A DNA stretch of 64,000 bases from positions 288,001 through 352,000 of the forward strand of contig CBDEFO010000008.1 in NCBI GenBank assembly GCA_965237525.1. Direction: 5' to 3'. Shown here piece by piece: positions 62,900 to 64,000 of this stretch (position 1 is its first letter; each line of letters opens with the position of its first letter). The DNA is from Candidatus Latescibacterota bacterium. GTDB taxonomy: Bacteria; Latescibacterota; CBDEFO01. The notes under the pieces are model-generated. The model was not told where the DNA came from. It saw only the letters and a program-made list of their open reading frames with translations, and ran no database searches. The position numbers were made by a program, and so were the translations under genes.

Positions 62900-62982
62900 A
62901 GACTCATTCTAACTGTCAAGTCAGCAGGACAAGCGACTCTCCAGATGTTTTTCTGGAGGCAGCTCTGGATCGTTTCAGGGAC

Positions 62983-63582
62983 CTACGCCAGAGGAGACTG
63001 TCCACCCTCACCTTTTGAGGGCTCATAGTAAGGGTTATTGCCGTCGGCATGATCGGTCTTGTCAATGATCTCCCGGATTTCTGGTACCGCTTCCTTGATC
63101 ATCACCTCGATACCCTGTTTCAGGGTCACGTCAACCATTCCGCATCCCTGACAGCCGCCGCCGAGGGCTATGTAGGCAATATCGTCCTTCACTTCAAGGA
63201 GCGCGACGCTACCTCCGTGCGACGCCACGGCAGGATTGATCTGATCGTCTATCACCTTCTGGACGGCCGCCGCCCTGGGATCTGCCCATAGGGAGTTGGG
63301 GTTCTCGATCTTAAAACCACTCTGCTGTGTATCCTCGATATAGTCTATGGTCACGCCTTTGAGGTTGGGTGCGCTTTCAGGGTCCACGAACACATTGAAA
63401 CCGTCAACCTCGAGCACGATGTCCTCTGCGCCCTTGTCCTCCTCCTTTTCAAACTTGAGATCGTACTGGAATCCACCGGGTCCGCGCCCCTTAATGGCCA
63501 CACGCACCCCTAAACCTTGTTGGTCTTGAGCTTTCAGAAGCTCGAGGATCTTCTTCTTTGATGAATCAGTGATAGTAAGCAT
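62983..63582 (-). CDS. nfuA: Fe-S cluster carrier NfuA
   Basis: Degenerate A-type carrier domain (GFKIENPN) plus NifU-C domain INPAVASHGG..GGGCQGC. Confidence 0.9.
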   Translation of the reverse strand: MLTITDSSKKKILELLKAQDQQGLGVRVAIKGRGPGGFQYDLKFEKEEDKGAEDIVLEVDGFNVFVDPESAPNLKGVTIDYIEDTQQSGFKIENPNSLWADPRAAAVQKVIDDQINPAVASHGGSVALLEVKDDIAYIALGGGCQGCGMVDVTLKQGIEVMIKEAVPEIREIIDKTDHADGNNPYYEPSKGEGGQSPLA

Positions 63583-63612
63583 TAGTTCCTCCTTAAAATA
63601 AGTAGACAGTGG

Positions 63613-64000
63613 TCAGTAGACAGTAGACAGGGGCACCTCTCCCCGCCCTGCATGCTGTCCACTGTATGATGTATGCTGCTTCTGCGATGGAGTGATGATC
63701 AATGTAAGTCTCCGATGGGCTTCGCGCAGCGCCGCCTCGACCCGCTCCGGGGTCTCGCCGCTAGCGAAGATGAACCCCAGGTACTTCGTCCCTTCCGGCG
63801 GCGGGACGACCTCTTGGCCTATGGAAATGGTGAACTTAATCCCTTCGATGCCAGGAACACTTTTGGCCTCCTCCTGGCCCAGGGCCTCACGTAGGATACC
63901 GGCCTCGGGGATTGGGATCATCATTACCCCGGCAGCTCTCCCCTCCCGCTGGAAGGACTCCACTGGATGTCCCAGAGAATGTCTCAGGATCAGCTCCTCG
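63613..64000 (-). CDS. ATP-grasp-domain protein, C-terminal part (runs off the window end)
   Basis: AAGVMMIPIP..G, VPPPEGTKYLGFIFA..ETPERVEAALREA. Confidence 0.7.
   Translation of the reverse strand, partial: EELILRHSLGHPVESFQREGRAAGVMMIPIPEAGILREALGQEEAKSVPGIEGIKFTISIGQEVVPPPEGTKYLGFIFASGETPERVEAALREAHRRLTLIITPSQKQHTSYSGQHAGRGEVPLSTVY

Overview
Bacterial chromosomal window. Dockerin-like tails, FlgD-Ig/NPFNP tails and a WGQIKS tail suggest an FCB-group lineage such as Ca. Latescibacterota (inference). Housekeeping genes are xerD, ogt, uvrC, mutS, ychF, hemB, prs, an E2 acyltransferase and nfuA. There is also a late flagellar cluster (fliC-fliS-fliD-flaG-flgM) with sigma28 promoters and CsrA-type hairpins but a disrupted fliC and fliS. 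A sensor kinase/NtrC pair lies upstream of a sigma54-type promoter heading a run of secreted proteins (two serpins, vWA and VIT-vWA proteins). At the right end is a CUAEP-tail radical SAM selenoprotein cluster. The most striking feature is two complete IS1595-family passenger elements (31514-34829 and 48391-52527), each with terminal inverted repeats and an exact 8-bp target duplication. Each carries a different, apparently unrelated restriction-modification pair in the same slot, between a near-identical transposase catalytic half and a near-identical ~57-aa microprotein gene. Their transposase N-terminal halves and inner TIR motifs differ together. Several genes carry premature stops (mostly TAG) or frameshifts, and intergenic spaces hold mosaic REP-like repeats. 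No CRISPR array, rRNA or tRNA was seen.
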